From Candidatus Iainarchaeum sp. (GTDB lineage: Archaea; Iainarchaeota; Iainarchaeia; Iainarchaeales; UBA10191), in NCBI GenBank assembly GCA_030649735.1, contig JAUSFL010000035.1:1-64000 (forward strand): 64,000 nucleotides of DNA, read 5' to 3'. The translations under genes were made by a program, and so were the position numbers. Position 1 is the stretch's first letter. Each line of letters begins with the position of its first letter. Shown here piece after piece: positions 8,852-18,127 of this stretch. The notes beneath the pieces are model-generated. The model saw only the letters and a list, made by a program, of their open reading frames with translations. It had not been told where the DNA came from and did no database searches.

Positions 8852-9439
8852 ATGCTTAAAGAGATCAGGATTCACGGCCGGGGAGGCCAAGGCGTTGTCA
8901 CAAGCAGCGAGCTTTTGGCAATTGCGGCCTTTAATGACGGAAAGCAATCCCAGGCTTTTCCTAATTTTGGGGTTGAAAGAAGCGGCGCGCCGATTTCAGC
9001 ATTCACCAGAATAAGCAATGAAAAAATTAATTTGCGCCAGCAAATTTACGAGCCTGATTATGTGATTGTTTTAGACTCAAGCCTGCTTTCAACTGTCGAA
9101 GTCACCAAAGGGCTGAAAAACAACGGCCTTTTGATAATAAATTCTGACAAAAAGCCAGAAGAGCTCGGCTTGAAAACAAATGCCAGAATGGTTTCTTTTG
9201 ATGTTTCAAAAAAAGCAATTGAAATTTTGGGAAAGCCATTGGTTAATGTTGCAGTGCTTGGGGCTTTTGCAGCGCTGACAAAAGAAATAACGCTTCCTTC
9301 ATTGCTTAATGCAATAGACCAAGAGTTTGAAAGCAAGAAAGAAATTGCTGAAAAGAACAAAAAGCTTGCGGAAATACTTTACAAAGAAAACATTGCGGTC
9401 GAGAAAGAAAAATCAAGGGCTGGCAAAAATGGCAAATGA
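8852..9439 (+). CDS. porC: Pyruvate/2-oxoacid:ferredoxin oxidoreductase gamma subunit
   Basis: EIRIHGRGGQGVVT, FGVERSGAP. Confidence 0.93.
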   Translation: MLKEIRIHGRGGQGVVTSSELLAIAAFNDGKQSQAFPNFGVERSGAPISAFTRISNEKINLRQQIYEPDYVIVLDSSLLSTVEVTKGLKNNGLLIINSDKKPEELGLKTNARMVSFDVSKKAIEILGKPLVNVAVLGAFAALTKEITLPSLLNAIDQEFESKKEIAEKNKKLAEILYKENIAVEKEKSRAGKNGK

Positions 9440-9707
9440 AAAAAAGAAACTGCCGGTCGGCGCTGTCATTTCAGCAGCTGGAAGCTCTGTTAAGAACAAG
9501 ACTGGCGGCTGGCGCTCTTTCAAGCCAGTGATTGACCAGAAAAAATGTAACAAGTGCAAGCTGTGCTGGATTTACTGCCCTGACAATGCAGTCAAGGTTT
9601 TGAAGGACGGAAGCGTGGAAATTGATTACAATTATTGCAAAGGCTGCAGCATTTGCGCCAACGAGTGCAAAGCCAAGGCCATTACAATGGAACTCGAGAA
9701 AAAGTAA
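9429..9707 (+). CDS. porD: Pyruvate:ferredoxin oxidoreductase delta subunit (2x4Fe-4S)
   Basis: KTGGWRSFKP, CNKCKLCWIYCP, YCKGCSICANEC. Confidence 0.93.
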   Translation: MANEKKKLPVGAVISAAGSSVKNKTGGWRSFKPVIDQKKCNKCKLCWIYCPDNAVKVLKDGSVEIDYNYCKGCSICANECKAKAITMELEKK

Positions 9708-9725
9708 AACGCGGGGTGGTTTTGA

Positions 9726-9956
9726 ATGGTTATTAAAAGCTCTCAGGAAGTCTTTAACGAAAACCTTGTGAAAGGCGAAGAACTGGCAAAAAAACAGGCT
9801 GAAAAGTCAAAAAAAATCAGGGAATTGCGCGAGCAATTAAACCTGGCAATAACTAAAGCAGGCTTTTCGCAGTCAGAGTCTGAAAAATCAAGGTATTCTT
9901 CCCAAGCGCAAGGCCTAAAGCGCCAGATTGACATGCTTCAAAGCATGAGCAAGTGA
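9726..9956 (+). CDS. Small coiled-coil hypothetical protein
   Basis: SD GGGGTGG upstream; operon-like spacing. Confidence 0.6.
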   Translation: MVIKSSQEVFNENLVKGEELAKKQAEKSKKIRELREQLNLAITKAGFSQSESEKSRYSSQAQGLKRQIDMLQSMSK

Positions 9957-10366
9957 TTCAAATGAAAAAAGAAACCATGATTCTTGCAATTTTGATTGGA
10001 AGCATGGTTGCATTAAGCGGATGCATTGAAGCGCTTTTTTCTTCAGGCATATATAATACTCCAGCGAACTGCACTCAATTTGGCGGCAGATTATTGCTTA
10101 AAGATTATTCTATGGCTCAAAATTCAATAAAATTGACAGTGCAGAATGGAAGCTCTGGAGAAATCAGTTCAATAAAAGCTAAGGCTTCAGGATTTGCCGC
10201 GAGAATAAATGGAGTTGAAGACTTGGATTCGCTGCCAAGGTCTGACAATGCTGAAATTGTTTTTTCGGGAAACACTGAAAAGGGAAAGTCTTACTCATTA
10301 ATTGTCAGCTACTCCAGCAATGGGATAAATCATGAAGAAACCACGACTTGCACTGTTGCAAAGTAA
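9953..10366 (+). CDS. Putative lipoprotein/secreted protein
   Basis: MKK-hydrophobic-LSGC lipobox-like N-terminus. Confidence 0.6.
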   Translation: MIQMKKETMILAILIGSMVALSGCIEALFSSGIYNTPANCTQFGGRLLLKDYSMAQNSIKLTVQNGSSGEISSIKAKASGFAARINGVEDLDSLPRSDNAEIVFSGNTEKGKSYSLIVSYSSNGINHEETTTCTVAK

Positions 10367-10375
10367 GGCTTGATT

Positions 10376-10681
10376 ATGGAATTCATTTACATAACCTGCA
10401 AAAATCCAAAAGAGGCAGAAAAAATAGCAACAGCCCTGCTTTCAAAAAAACTCATTGGCTGCGCAAACATCCTTCCGTCAGTTTCACTTTACCATTGGAA
10501 GAAAAAGCTCAAAAAGAGAAAAGAAAGCATTTTGATTTGCAAAACTTTTGGGGAAAAATTCTCTGAAATCGAGCGCGTTGTGAAAAAGCTTCACTCTTAC
10601 GAAATTCCATTGATTGCTTCACTCGATGTCGAAGATGTCAATCCAGAATTCAACAAATGGCTTGAGAAAGAAATCCGCTAA
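10376..10681 (+). CDS. cutA: Divalent-cation tolerance protein CutA
   Basis: YITC, GCANI, SLYHW, LHSYEIP. Confidence 0.92.
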   Translation: MEFIYITCKNPKEAEKIATALLSKKLIGCANILPSVSLYHWKKKLKKRKESILICKTFGEKFSEIERVVKKLHSYEIPLIASLDVEDVNPEFNKWLEKEIR

Positions 10682-11415
10682 TTTTCCTTCAATATTATTA
10701 TATTTCCCCTGCCTTTCTTGATTTTCTTCACTTTTCCCTCGCTTTCCAATTCTGCAATCACAAGGCTCAAGTAAGCCTCTCCAAAATGCACTTTCTCCAA
10801 AAGCTCTTTTTGAGTCGCCCTGTTTCCCCTCTCGCGCAATGCCTGCAAGACTTCTTCAGCATTCTTATCCAAGACTTTCGGCTTTGCCTTTGGCGCGCTT
10901 TCTCCAACAGTGCCTGAAACAGTTCCTGCCTTTTGGCCGCTGTTTTTCCAAAAGACCCAAATCATTACAATAATCAACAAAGCCAGTATTCCAGCAAGCA
11001 AAAACCATGAATTGTCCTTTTCGGCAGGCGGCAGTTCTGACTGGTTGACGTCAAAGTTTTCCAATTGATTTCCCAAAAGCTCTTGCTCCAAGTTTTCATC
11101 ATTGGCTGCCGGAAGCATTATCAAATCCAGCCGGTAATTTCCTTCCTTATTTATCCTGATTTTTTCTGAAGATTCCAGGACAAGCATTGAGTTCTCAAAA
11201 TACTTTGCCCTGATTTCAAAATCTCCAAAAGGAAGCTCAAAAGAGTAATTCGCGTCTTTTGAAACAATCTGCTGGCCCGGGGTTGAATTTACTGAAACAA
11301 TCGCGTCTTTTAACAGCTCAAAAGTTTCAGCATTGTAAATGCTTCCAGAAATTGTCGCGCTGCTCGCAAAGCCGGCCGCAAGCATTAAGGCAAAAAGCAA
11401 TAATTTCAGTTCCAT
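10678..11415 (-). CDS. Membrane-spanning regulator: extracellular beta domain, TM helix, C-terminal winged HTH
   Basis: Signal peptide, central TM, TQKEL...LSLVIAELESEGKVKKIKKGRGNII. Confidence 0.75.
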   Translation of the reverse strand: MELKLLLFALMLAAGFASSATISGSIYNAETFELLKDAIVSVNSTPGQQIVSKDANYSFELPFGDFEIRAKYFENSMLVLESSEKIRINKEGNYRLDLIMLPAANDENLEQELLGNQLENFDVNQSELPPAEKDNSWFLLAGILALLIIVMIWVFWKNSGQKAGTVSGTVGESAPKAKPKVLDKNAEEVLQALRERGNRATQKELLEKVHFGEAYLSLVIAELESEGKVKKIKKGRGNIIILKEN

Positions 11416-11611
11416 CAATTAAAACATTGCGGAAAAATGGTTTTAAAACTTTACTAAAGCTTTTCTTTCAAGGAAAGCTACTGGCTTTCCCCCCAATTCG
11501 CCAAAAACCCATTATTTGGGCTTGCTTTTTTTTAGTGAAGAATTGTTTTAAACAACCTGCAATGTTTCTTATTCAACGAACACGCGATTCTGAAAGGAGG
11601 ATTGGTTTCTT

Positions 11612-12523
11612 ATGAAAGCAAACAAAGCAATTATAGTGCTTGCAGCACTCTTGATTTTGCTTTCCTTTAGCGCTTTTGCAATTGCAGAGCCGCAAAAGGA
11701 AAACTTGAGGGAAAAAATCCAGCAAAAAATAGAGAATGCCAAGCAAAATTTTGAAAAGGCGCAAGAGCGCTTTGAAAAGCAAAAAGACAAGTTTGAGGAC
11801 GCCAAAACAAAATGGGTGTCTTTTAAGACTGACTGGCAGTCAGGAAAAAACAAGGACAAGAACAGGCTTTATAATGGCGCAAAAAACTACATTGTGAATG
11901 CCACTGAACGCATGGAAAATTATTTGGAAGTCACAAAAAGAAGGGCGCAAAACATTCAAGACCTGCCTGAAGCAGACTTGAATAGCATTGTGGCGCAAAT
12001 TGACGCTGAAGCCGCAAAATTGGCCTTGTTGAAATCAAAAGTCAATGACGCAAATTCTAATGAGGCAATCAAGGCATTGGTTCCTGAAGTGAATGCGGAG
12101 TGGGATTTAGTAAAGGCTTTTTCCAAGAAAATCACTGGATTGATTTTGTCGGCAAACACGCAAAAAGCAATTGACGCCGCAGAAAAAATCAGCCAAAAAG
12201 CGCAGGACAAAATCAATGAATTGGACGCAAACTCAACAGCAGACTTGAACGCCGCAAAAGCAAGGCTTGCACAATACCAAGCTGACATTAACCTTGCAAT
12301 CCAAAAAAAGCAGGCAGCTGTGGCAAAGTTTCTGCAAATAACAGACTCAAACAACGCGCAGCCGTTGTTCAAGGAAGGCCAAGACTTGCTAAAAGAAGCG
12401 CACAAGGAATTGAGGAATGCGGCGCAAGACTTGAAGGACATAATAAGGGACATTGTGAAGGCTAACAGGCCTGAAAGGCCAAAAGACAGCAATTCAGTCC
12501 GCGACCAGAACGAGCAGGATTAA
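11612..12523 (+). CDS. Secreted alpha-helical/coiled-coil protein
   Basis: Signal peptide ending AFA; K/E/A-rich heptads. Confidence 0.7.
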   Translation: MKANKAIIVLAALLILLSFSAFAIAEPQKENLREKIQQKIENAKQNFEKAQERFEKQKDKFEDAKTKWVSFKTDWQSGKNKDKNRLYNGAKNYIVNATERMENYLEVTKRRAQNIQDLPEADLNSIVAQIDAEAAKLALLKSKVNDANSNEAIKALVPEVNAEWDLVKAFSKKITGLILSANTQKAIDAAEKISQKAQDKINELDANSTADLNAAKARLAQYQADINLAIQKKQAAVAKFLQITDSNNAQPLFKEGQDLLKEAHKELRNAAQDLKDIIRDIVKANRPERPKDSNSVRDQNEQD

Positions 12524-12535
12524 GGAGTTGATTGA

Positions 12536-12886
12536 ATGAAAAAACCAATTCTCTTGATTTTTGGAATCCTGGCTTTTGCAGTATTGCTTTCAGGCTGTTC
12601 TCAAGACCAGCCAAAGCAGCAAAGCGGCTTGGAATCTGACAGCACTGCATTGGACAGCACTTTAAACAGCGCTGACCAGCAGCTTAATGATCCCGGCACT
12701 GACTTGACCGGCATTGTTCCAGTCGATTTGCCTGCTGATGCCGGCATTGCTTCAACCACTGCGCTTGAAGCAGATGCCGCTTCGCTTTCAGCAGACGCAT
12801 CAAGCCTTGACTCATTAAGCACAGAGCTTTCAGACTTTTTAACCCTTGATTCAGTCCAGGCAATTAATCCGGCAGATTTGCAATAA
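12536..12886 (+). CDS. Acidic low-complexity lipoprotein
   Basis: MKK...LLSGC lipobox; D/S/L/A-rich. Confidence 0.65.
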   Translation: MKKPILLIFGILAFAVLLSGCSQDQPKQQSGLESDSTALDSTLNSADQQLNDPGTDLTGIVPVDLPADAGIASTTALEADAASLSADASSLDSLSTELSDFLTLDSVQAINPADLQ

Positions 12887-12993
12887 TGCCAAAGTACGGC
12901 AATGCTTTGATATTCATCAAAAGGCAACTTTTGATGAAAAATCTGCTTTTTTTCCTTCTTTTTTAAAAACTCCAATTGCGTTAGAATAATCAT

Positions 12994-13785
12994 ATGTTCA
13001 AGGCATTGGAAAAGTATTCCGGAGTTTTCAAGATAGAATTAATTGACTTTTTCCAAAGCAAATGGGACGTGATTTTCGGCTTTCTTTTCCTTGGAATAGT
13101 GATTTTTGTATTCTACCAGCTTTGGGCATTGGGTTTTGCGCAAAAGGCAATTCCAGGATACTCGCTTGCAAAACTGGTTTTTTACGTTGCAATTGCAGAA
13201 AGCGTCACGATTTCAACAATCAGGATTTACAAAATCATTGATGACGACTTGAAAAAAGGCCTTTTGACAAATTACCTTTCAAAGCCGGTCAATTATGTCT
13301 TCTTTCAGTTCTCGCGCGCCTTGGGAAAAAGCGCAATCACTTTATTCATCAATCTTGCATTGACTCTTGCATTCTGTTTTTTGCTTTTCGGCTTTTTTCC
13401 ATTCTCTCTCTTGGAATTTGCGGCAGTTATTTTTGCGAGCATTTTTTGCCTTTGCCTTTTGGTTCTTGTCGGGGTTTTTTTCGGGCTTTTGGGATTTTAC
13501 ACTGAAGACAGCTCCGCATTCTATTTTGTTTACAGCAAGGCAATCTACATTTTCGGCGGCCTTGTTTTCCCATTAGACCTTTACCCGCAGTGGCTTAAGT
13601 CAATCTCGGACTTTTTGCCATTCAAGTGGGCTGTTTTTGCCGCTGGAAAGCTTGCAATTTCCTTTTCCACTGACTTTTTTATCGAGGTTTTGCTGATGCA
13701 ATTGTTCTGGATTGCAGTGTTTGCCGGGCTTTGCCTTTTTGTTTTTTCAAGGATTTCAAGGAAGGTTTTCATCAATGGCGGTTGA
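12994..13785 (+). CDS. ABC-2 family transporter permease (DUF990-type)
   Basis: Multiple TM helices, LSKPV, GGLVFPLDLYP, C-terminal NGG. Confidence 0.85.
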   Translation: MFKALEKYSGVFKIELIDFFQSKWDVIFGFLFLGIVIFVFYQLWALGFAQKAIPGYSLAKLVFYVAIAESVTISTIRIYKIIDDDLKKGLLTNYLSKPVNYVFFQFSRALGKSAITLFINLALTLAFCFLLFGFFPFSLLEFAAVIFASIFCLCLLVLVGVFFGLLGFYTEDSSAFYFVYSKAIYIFGGLVFPLDLYPQWLKSISDFLPFKWAVFAAGKLAISFSTDFFIEVLLMQLFWIAVFAGLCLFVFSRISRKVFINGG

Positions 13786-13797
13786 GGTTGGATTAAG

Positions 13798-14583
13798 ATG
13801 CTGAAAACTTTGGATTTTGTGCTTTGTGCCTGGAAGCTCCAGTTCAAGACTTTGTTTGAGTACAAGAAAAGCTTCGCAATTTCAGCAATCACAATGGTAG
13901 TGAATGACTTTTTCATGGTTTTCTTCTGGTATGTTTTCTTCAATGTAATGCCAAAGATTGCTGGCTGGGGCTTGAATGAAACAATCCTTTTGGTTGGGTT
14001 TACAGCAACTGCCTTTGGAGTTTATGCATTGCTTTTTGCGGGAGCGAGAAACTTCAACGAGTTTGTCGCAAACGGAGAACTGGATTTTTTCCTTTTGAAG
14101 CCAAAAAACATCCTGCTGCACGTCTGTGTCTCAAAAACAGACATTTCCGCCGCCGGAGAGTTTGTTTTTGGCTGGATTTGCCTTTTGATTTCCGGCTATT
14201 TCAGCCTTGGAAACTTCATTTTGTTCAATGCATTTGCTTTTTTGAGCGGAATAATTTTTGTCTTCACTTTCATCCTGATAAGCCTGCCCGCGTTCTTCAT
14301 TCCAAAAACTGACGTTTTATACCACAACTTGTGGAATTCCACAATTCATTTTGCGACATACCCGACAGACTTCTTTTCAGGCTTTGTAAAGTTCATTCTG
14401 GTCTTTATTATTCCGGCATTTTTCATTACCACTCTTCCAGTCCAGACACTGACTCATTTTTCCTGGATGAGCGTCTTAATTTTGTTTGCTTTCGCAATTG
14501 TTTTTGGATTTACAGTAAGCTTTTTGTTCAAGTTGTGCCTTAAAAGATACGAGTCCGGCAATTCAATTGCATTGAGAACTTGA
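13798..14583 (+). CDS. ABC-2 family transporter permease (DUF990-type)
   Basis: IAGW, NGELDFFLLKP, YP, RYESGN. Confidence 0.85.
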   Translation: MLKTLDFVLCAWKLQFKTLFEYKKSFAISAITMVVNDFFMVFFWYVFFNVMPKIAGWGLNETILLVGFTATAFGVYALLFAGARNFNEFVANGELDFFLLKPKNILLHVCVSKTDISAAGEFVFGWICLLISGYFSLGNFILFNAFAFLSGIIFVFTFILISLPAFFIPKTDVLYHNLWNSTIHFATYPTDFFSGFVKFILVFIIPAFFITTLPVQTLTHFSWMSVLILFAFAIVFGFTVSFLFKLCLKRYESGNSIALRT

Positions 14584-14592
14584 GGTGGGAGA

Positions 14593-14907
14593 ATGGGTTT
14601 TAAGAAAGCGCAAAAAGACGTTGAAGAATGGGTTTCGCAATACACTGAAGGCTATTGGCCGCCCTTGGCAATAATTTCAAGGCTTACTGAAGAGACAGGC
14701 GAGCTTGCTCGCGAAGTGAACCATCGCTTTGGTCCCAAAAAGAAAAAATCCACTGAAGAAAATGCCGAAGTCGCTGACGAAATCGCTGATGTGATTTTCA
14801 CCTTGTGCTGCCTTGCAAACTCTCAAGGAATTGACCTTGATGAGGCTTGGGAAAAAATGATGCAAAAATTAAGGACCCGCGACGACAAAAGGTTTGAAAA
14901 AAAGTGA
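14593..14907 (+). CDS. MazG-like nucleotide pyrophosphohydrolase (YpjD-like)
   Basis: RLTEETGELAREVNH...DEIADV...LANS. Confidence 0.9.
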   Translation: MGFKKAQKDVEEWVSQYTEGYWPPLAIISRLTEETGELAREVNHRFGPKKKKSTEENAEVADEIADVIFTLCCLANSQGIDLDEAWEKMMQKLRTRDDKRFEKK

Positions 14908-15897
14908 TTACTTTCTTTTGTAAATTTCTTCAATGATTTCCTCAACTGGCGGATCAGAGATTGTGATGTCTTCGATTCCCTCAAGCTTTGCGACTTCTTT
15001 CAAGAATTCCTTGATTGGCTTTTTCTTGCAGTCAACCTCTAGCTTGAATCCCAAGTCGTCCTTGGATTTTCTCAAGACCTTGCAGTTCTTGATTTTAAAA
15101 TCCTGCACTTTGTCCTCAAAAAGCACGCTCACGACTTTCTTGTTCAAGTAATTCCTTTTCAGCTCAGTGACTGAATTGTCATAAATTGTCTTTCCATGGT
15201 TGATTATCATTATTCTCTTGCAAAGGCTTTCAATGTCTGAAACATCATGCGATGTCAAAAAAATTGTTGTTCCTTCCTCTCGGTTCAATCTTTTGATTTC
15301 TTCGCGAAACTTGCGTTTGGCAATCAAGTCAAGGCCAATTGTCGGCTCGTCCAAGAACAATATTTCCGGATTGTGCAATAGCGATGCAATCAATTCGCAT
15401 TTCATTCTTTGCCCCAAGCTCAATTTTCTCACTGGCTGGTTGACGAATTCTTTCGCTTCCATTCTTTCAATCAATTCATCCCGACGCTTTTCAAATTGGG
15501 CTTTTGGGAGCTCGTAAATTTTTCCCATGAGCTCGAAAGAGTCCATTGCGGGCAAGTGCATCCATAACTGGCTTTTCTGTCCGAACACTGTCCCAATCTT
15601 GAAAGCGAGCTTTTGTCTTTGCTTCCACGGGTCAAAGCCAGCCACGCTTGCGCTTCCGCCGGATGGAGTTAAAATTCCAGTGAGCATTTTAATCGTTGTT
15701 GACTTTCCAGCGCCATTAGGCCCGATGAACGCGAGCATTTCCCCGCCTTCAACTTCAAAGCTTACTTTGTTGACTGCGTGAATTTTTTTCTTTTCAGAAC
15801 TCACAAGCGCTTTTAACGCGCCCGCAAGGCCCGGCTTTCTTTCACTAAACTCAAAGTCTTTGGAAAGTCCGCTGACTGTGATGATTGGCTCGCTCAT
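14908..15897 (-). CDS. ABC transporter ATP-binding protein
   Basis: GPNGAGKST, LSLGQ, LFLDEPTIGLD, TSH. Confidence 0.95.
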   Translation of the reverse strand: MSEPIITVSGLSKDFEFSERKPGLAGALKALVSSEKKKIHAVNKVSFEVEGGEMLAFIGPNGAGKSTTIKMLTGILTPSGGSASVAGFDPWKQRQKLAFKIGTVFGQKSQLWMHLPAMDSFELMGKIYELPKAQFEKRRDELIERMEAKEFVNQPVRKLSLGQRMKCELIASLLHNPEILFLDEPTIGLDLIAKRKFREEIKRLNREEGTTIFLTSHDVSDIESLCKRIMIINHGKTIYDNSVTELKRNYLNKKVVSVLFEDKVQDFKIKNCKVLRKSKDDLGFKLEVDCKKKPIKEFLKEVAKLEGIEDITISDPPVEEIIEEIYKRK

Positions 15898-15965
15898 GCT
15901 AGAATCACGCGCTGGCAGAATTTAAAATTGCTGTTTTAAAAGAACTGAAAAGCCCAAAACCTGAT

Positions 15966-16526
15966 TTAATTCTTGACTTCTTTGATTTTTTCAAAAAGCC
16001 TTTCGAATTTTATGTAGCCTGATTTTTTGTTGAAGTGGCCAGCGCCTTTAACTATGATAAATTCCGCGCCGAGCTTTTCAGCCAATTCCTTGCCTTTTGC
16101 CAGTGGGACAAAAGGGTCGTTGTCTGAATGGAACACTACAAATTTTCTGCAGTTCTCTCGGATTTTCTTCCAATCGAACTCCCGCTCTGCAAAGCTGGCA
16201 TTCAATTTATCCAATTCAGAGTCTCCCAATTTTCCAATAAATCCAGAAATCAGGAATGCTGCCTGGATTTGCTTCGGGCTTTGCTCTAAAAGAGAAAGTA
16301 TGAAAGCGCAGCCAATGCTGTGCCCGATGATTATTGAGTTTTCATTCAATTCTCTTTCAAAGTCTTCAAAGCGTTTCATCCAGTTTTCCAGGCTTTGGCC
16401 TTCAGGCGTTGGAAATTCAGGCACAAAAACCTTGTTGTGCTCTTTAGTCAGCTGTGCCTTAAGCCAGGGAAACCAGTTTTCTTGAGGGTTTCCGAAAGCC
16501 CCGTGAATTATGAAAAAATTAGTCAT
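15966..16526 (-). CDS. RBBP9/YdeN-family alpha/beta hydrolase
   Basis: IHG, NWFPWL, GHSIG, SDNDP, GAGHF. Confidence 0.9.
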   Translation of the reverse strand: MTNFFIIHGAFGNPQENWFPWLKAQLTKEHNKVFVPEFPTPEGQSLENWMKRFEDFERELNENSIIIGHSIGCAFILSLLEQSPKQIQAAFLISGFIGKLGDSELDKLNASFAEREFDWKKIRENCRKFVVFHSDNDPFVPLAKGKELAEKLGAEFIIVKGAGHFNKKSGYIKFERLFEKIKEVKN

Positions 16527-16539
16527 AAGCTAAATTAGG

Positions 16540-16863
16540 TTAGTAAAGTATCTTATCCACTTCTTTTTCGATTAAAGAATCAAGGATTGCCGTGGTTTCA
16601 AAATCAAGGCTGCTTTTCCTGCGCACGAATTCTTTTTCTTCCCCGCGCACTACTCCATCAATGTATCTTCCGATAGAATTCCAGGGAACTCCGGGAAAAC
16701 TCATTTTCTCGGCTTTTTTGCGCGAATTGAAAACCACTGTTGCCCTGCCTTGGCCTGAAAGGCTTTTCAATTGCTTTTCAAGCGGCATTTTGACTGTTTC
16801 CGCGGGCTTTTCCAAATCCTGCCTTGGAGCATCAGTCCTTTTCAAAAAATCAAGCATTCCCAT
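16540..16863 (-). CDS. Hypothetical protein
   Basis: ORF fills gap; TATA-like TTTAAA upstream. Confidence 0.55.
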   Translation of the reverse strand: MGMLDFLKRTDAPRQDLEKPAETVKMPLEKQLKSLSGQGRATVVFNSRKKAEKMSFPGVPWNSIGRYIDGVVRGEEKEFVRRKSSLDFETTAILDSLIEKEVDKILY

Positions 16864-16958
16864 TTCATTTCACACAGAGTATTATAGCAAAAACTAATAT
16901 TTAAACATTATTTGAGAGCTTTAAAAACTGTCTTTTCATTCTTCATCCATTAACCGCA

Positions 16959-18011
16959 TTAATTCCCAAGTGCTTGCGAAATCCTGTCGCGTATGCCCTG
17001 CAAATAATCATTATAGTTGACTTGCTTTACTGTCCTTGATTCTGCAAGCGGTTTTTCGCCCTTGCTGTTCGCTGCGTTAAGAATCATTTGCTCATAACCG
17101 GCAGGCTCAATAAAACACATTTCTGTTTGAGTACGAACGCGCAATATTGAGGCTTCCGCGGGAGAGTAATCATCATACTTGCCGAACTGGGAAGCAGGAT
17201 AGTATTTTCCGTCATTTAGGTTCGCCAAATAAGTTGTTTTCTTTGACTTCAATTCTTCAACGCTTTTGAAACCGTCCACAAATTGGTCATTGTATTCTAT
17301 GATGCTAATGCAATTTTCCCTTGACGTTCTAGTGCTTTCGCATTCTGAAACTCCAGAGCACACTGGCTTTTCTACTATTCCAGTTCCTGCAATTGCCTGT
17401 CCTTTGCTGCAAAGGCTGCAGTATGGCGGGTTTATTGCGCCGTTAGTGCAGGAATTGTCAGGGCTTGAAATGCAAGTGCCATAATATTCTCTTTTAACTT
17501 CAGTGTTGACGCTGTTGTAAGGGAATAACGCCCACCTTTCAAACTCCAGGCCTTCTTCATTCACTTCTGGGGCAGAACTTGAAGACGGGATTTTTGCCTT
17601 GCTTAAATAAGAATAAGTGAACCAAGTTCCTGAACTGCAGGAATCGCATTGCGGCGGGTTTGAAGCGCCATTAGCGCATGCTTTTGGAACGCATTGATTG
17701 CCTTTAAGTTCGTCAGTGCGCCAGCATTCATTGCACATTGGCGGATTGGCTGCCTTGTTGTCGCATATTTTGCAATCAACCATTACTTTTGTTCCAGCTC
17801 CAGTTCCTCCGCCAGTTCCGCTGCCAGAACCGCCACTACCTCCAGAGCCAGTATTGCCTCCGCTTCCTCCAGAGCCATTGCCCAAACCGCCGTTTCCTCC
17901 ACCGGCAATTGCGTTAAAGTCATTTCTGTCTGCTCCATTAATTGGGCCTTGAGAGCAGCCGGCAAGCATTATTGCGGCCAAAACAATCAGGATTATTATT
18001 GCCTTTTTCAT
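16959..18011 (-). CDS. Cys-rich surface lipoprotein with Gly/Ser linker and three CxNxAxNPPxCxxC repeats
   Basis: LAGC lipobox; GGSGG linker; repeats visible in translation. Confidence 0.75.
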   Translation of the reverse strand: MKKAIIILIVLAAIMLAGCSQGPINGADRNDFNAIAGGGNGGLGNGSGGSGGNTGSGGSGGSGSGTGGGTGAGTKVMVDCKICDNKAANPPMCNECWRTDELKGNQCVPKACANGASNPPQCDSCSSGTWFTYSYLSKAKIPSSSSAPEVNEEGLEFERWALFPYNSVNTEVKREYYGTCISSPDNSCTNGAINPPYCSLCSKGQAIAGTGIVEKPVCSGVSECESTRTSRENCISIIEYNDQFVDGFKSVEELKSKKTTYLANLNDGKYYPASQFGKYDDYSPAEASILRVRTQTEMCFIEPAGYEQMILNAANSKGEKPLAESRTVKQVNYNDYLQGIRDRISQALGN

Positions 18012-18127
18012 GATCTAAAGTTTTTAGCGCTCTTTTATTTAAAAGCCTTTCTTGGCTTGTTTTTAATCGGCCTTGTAACTTAGAGTTTTTTAAACAATGC
18101 TTGAGATTATTATTTGAAGGTTTTTTC

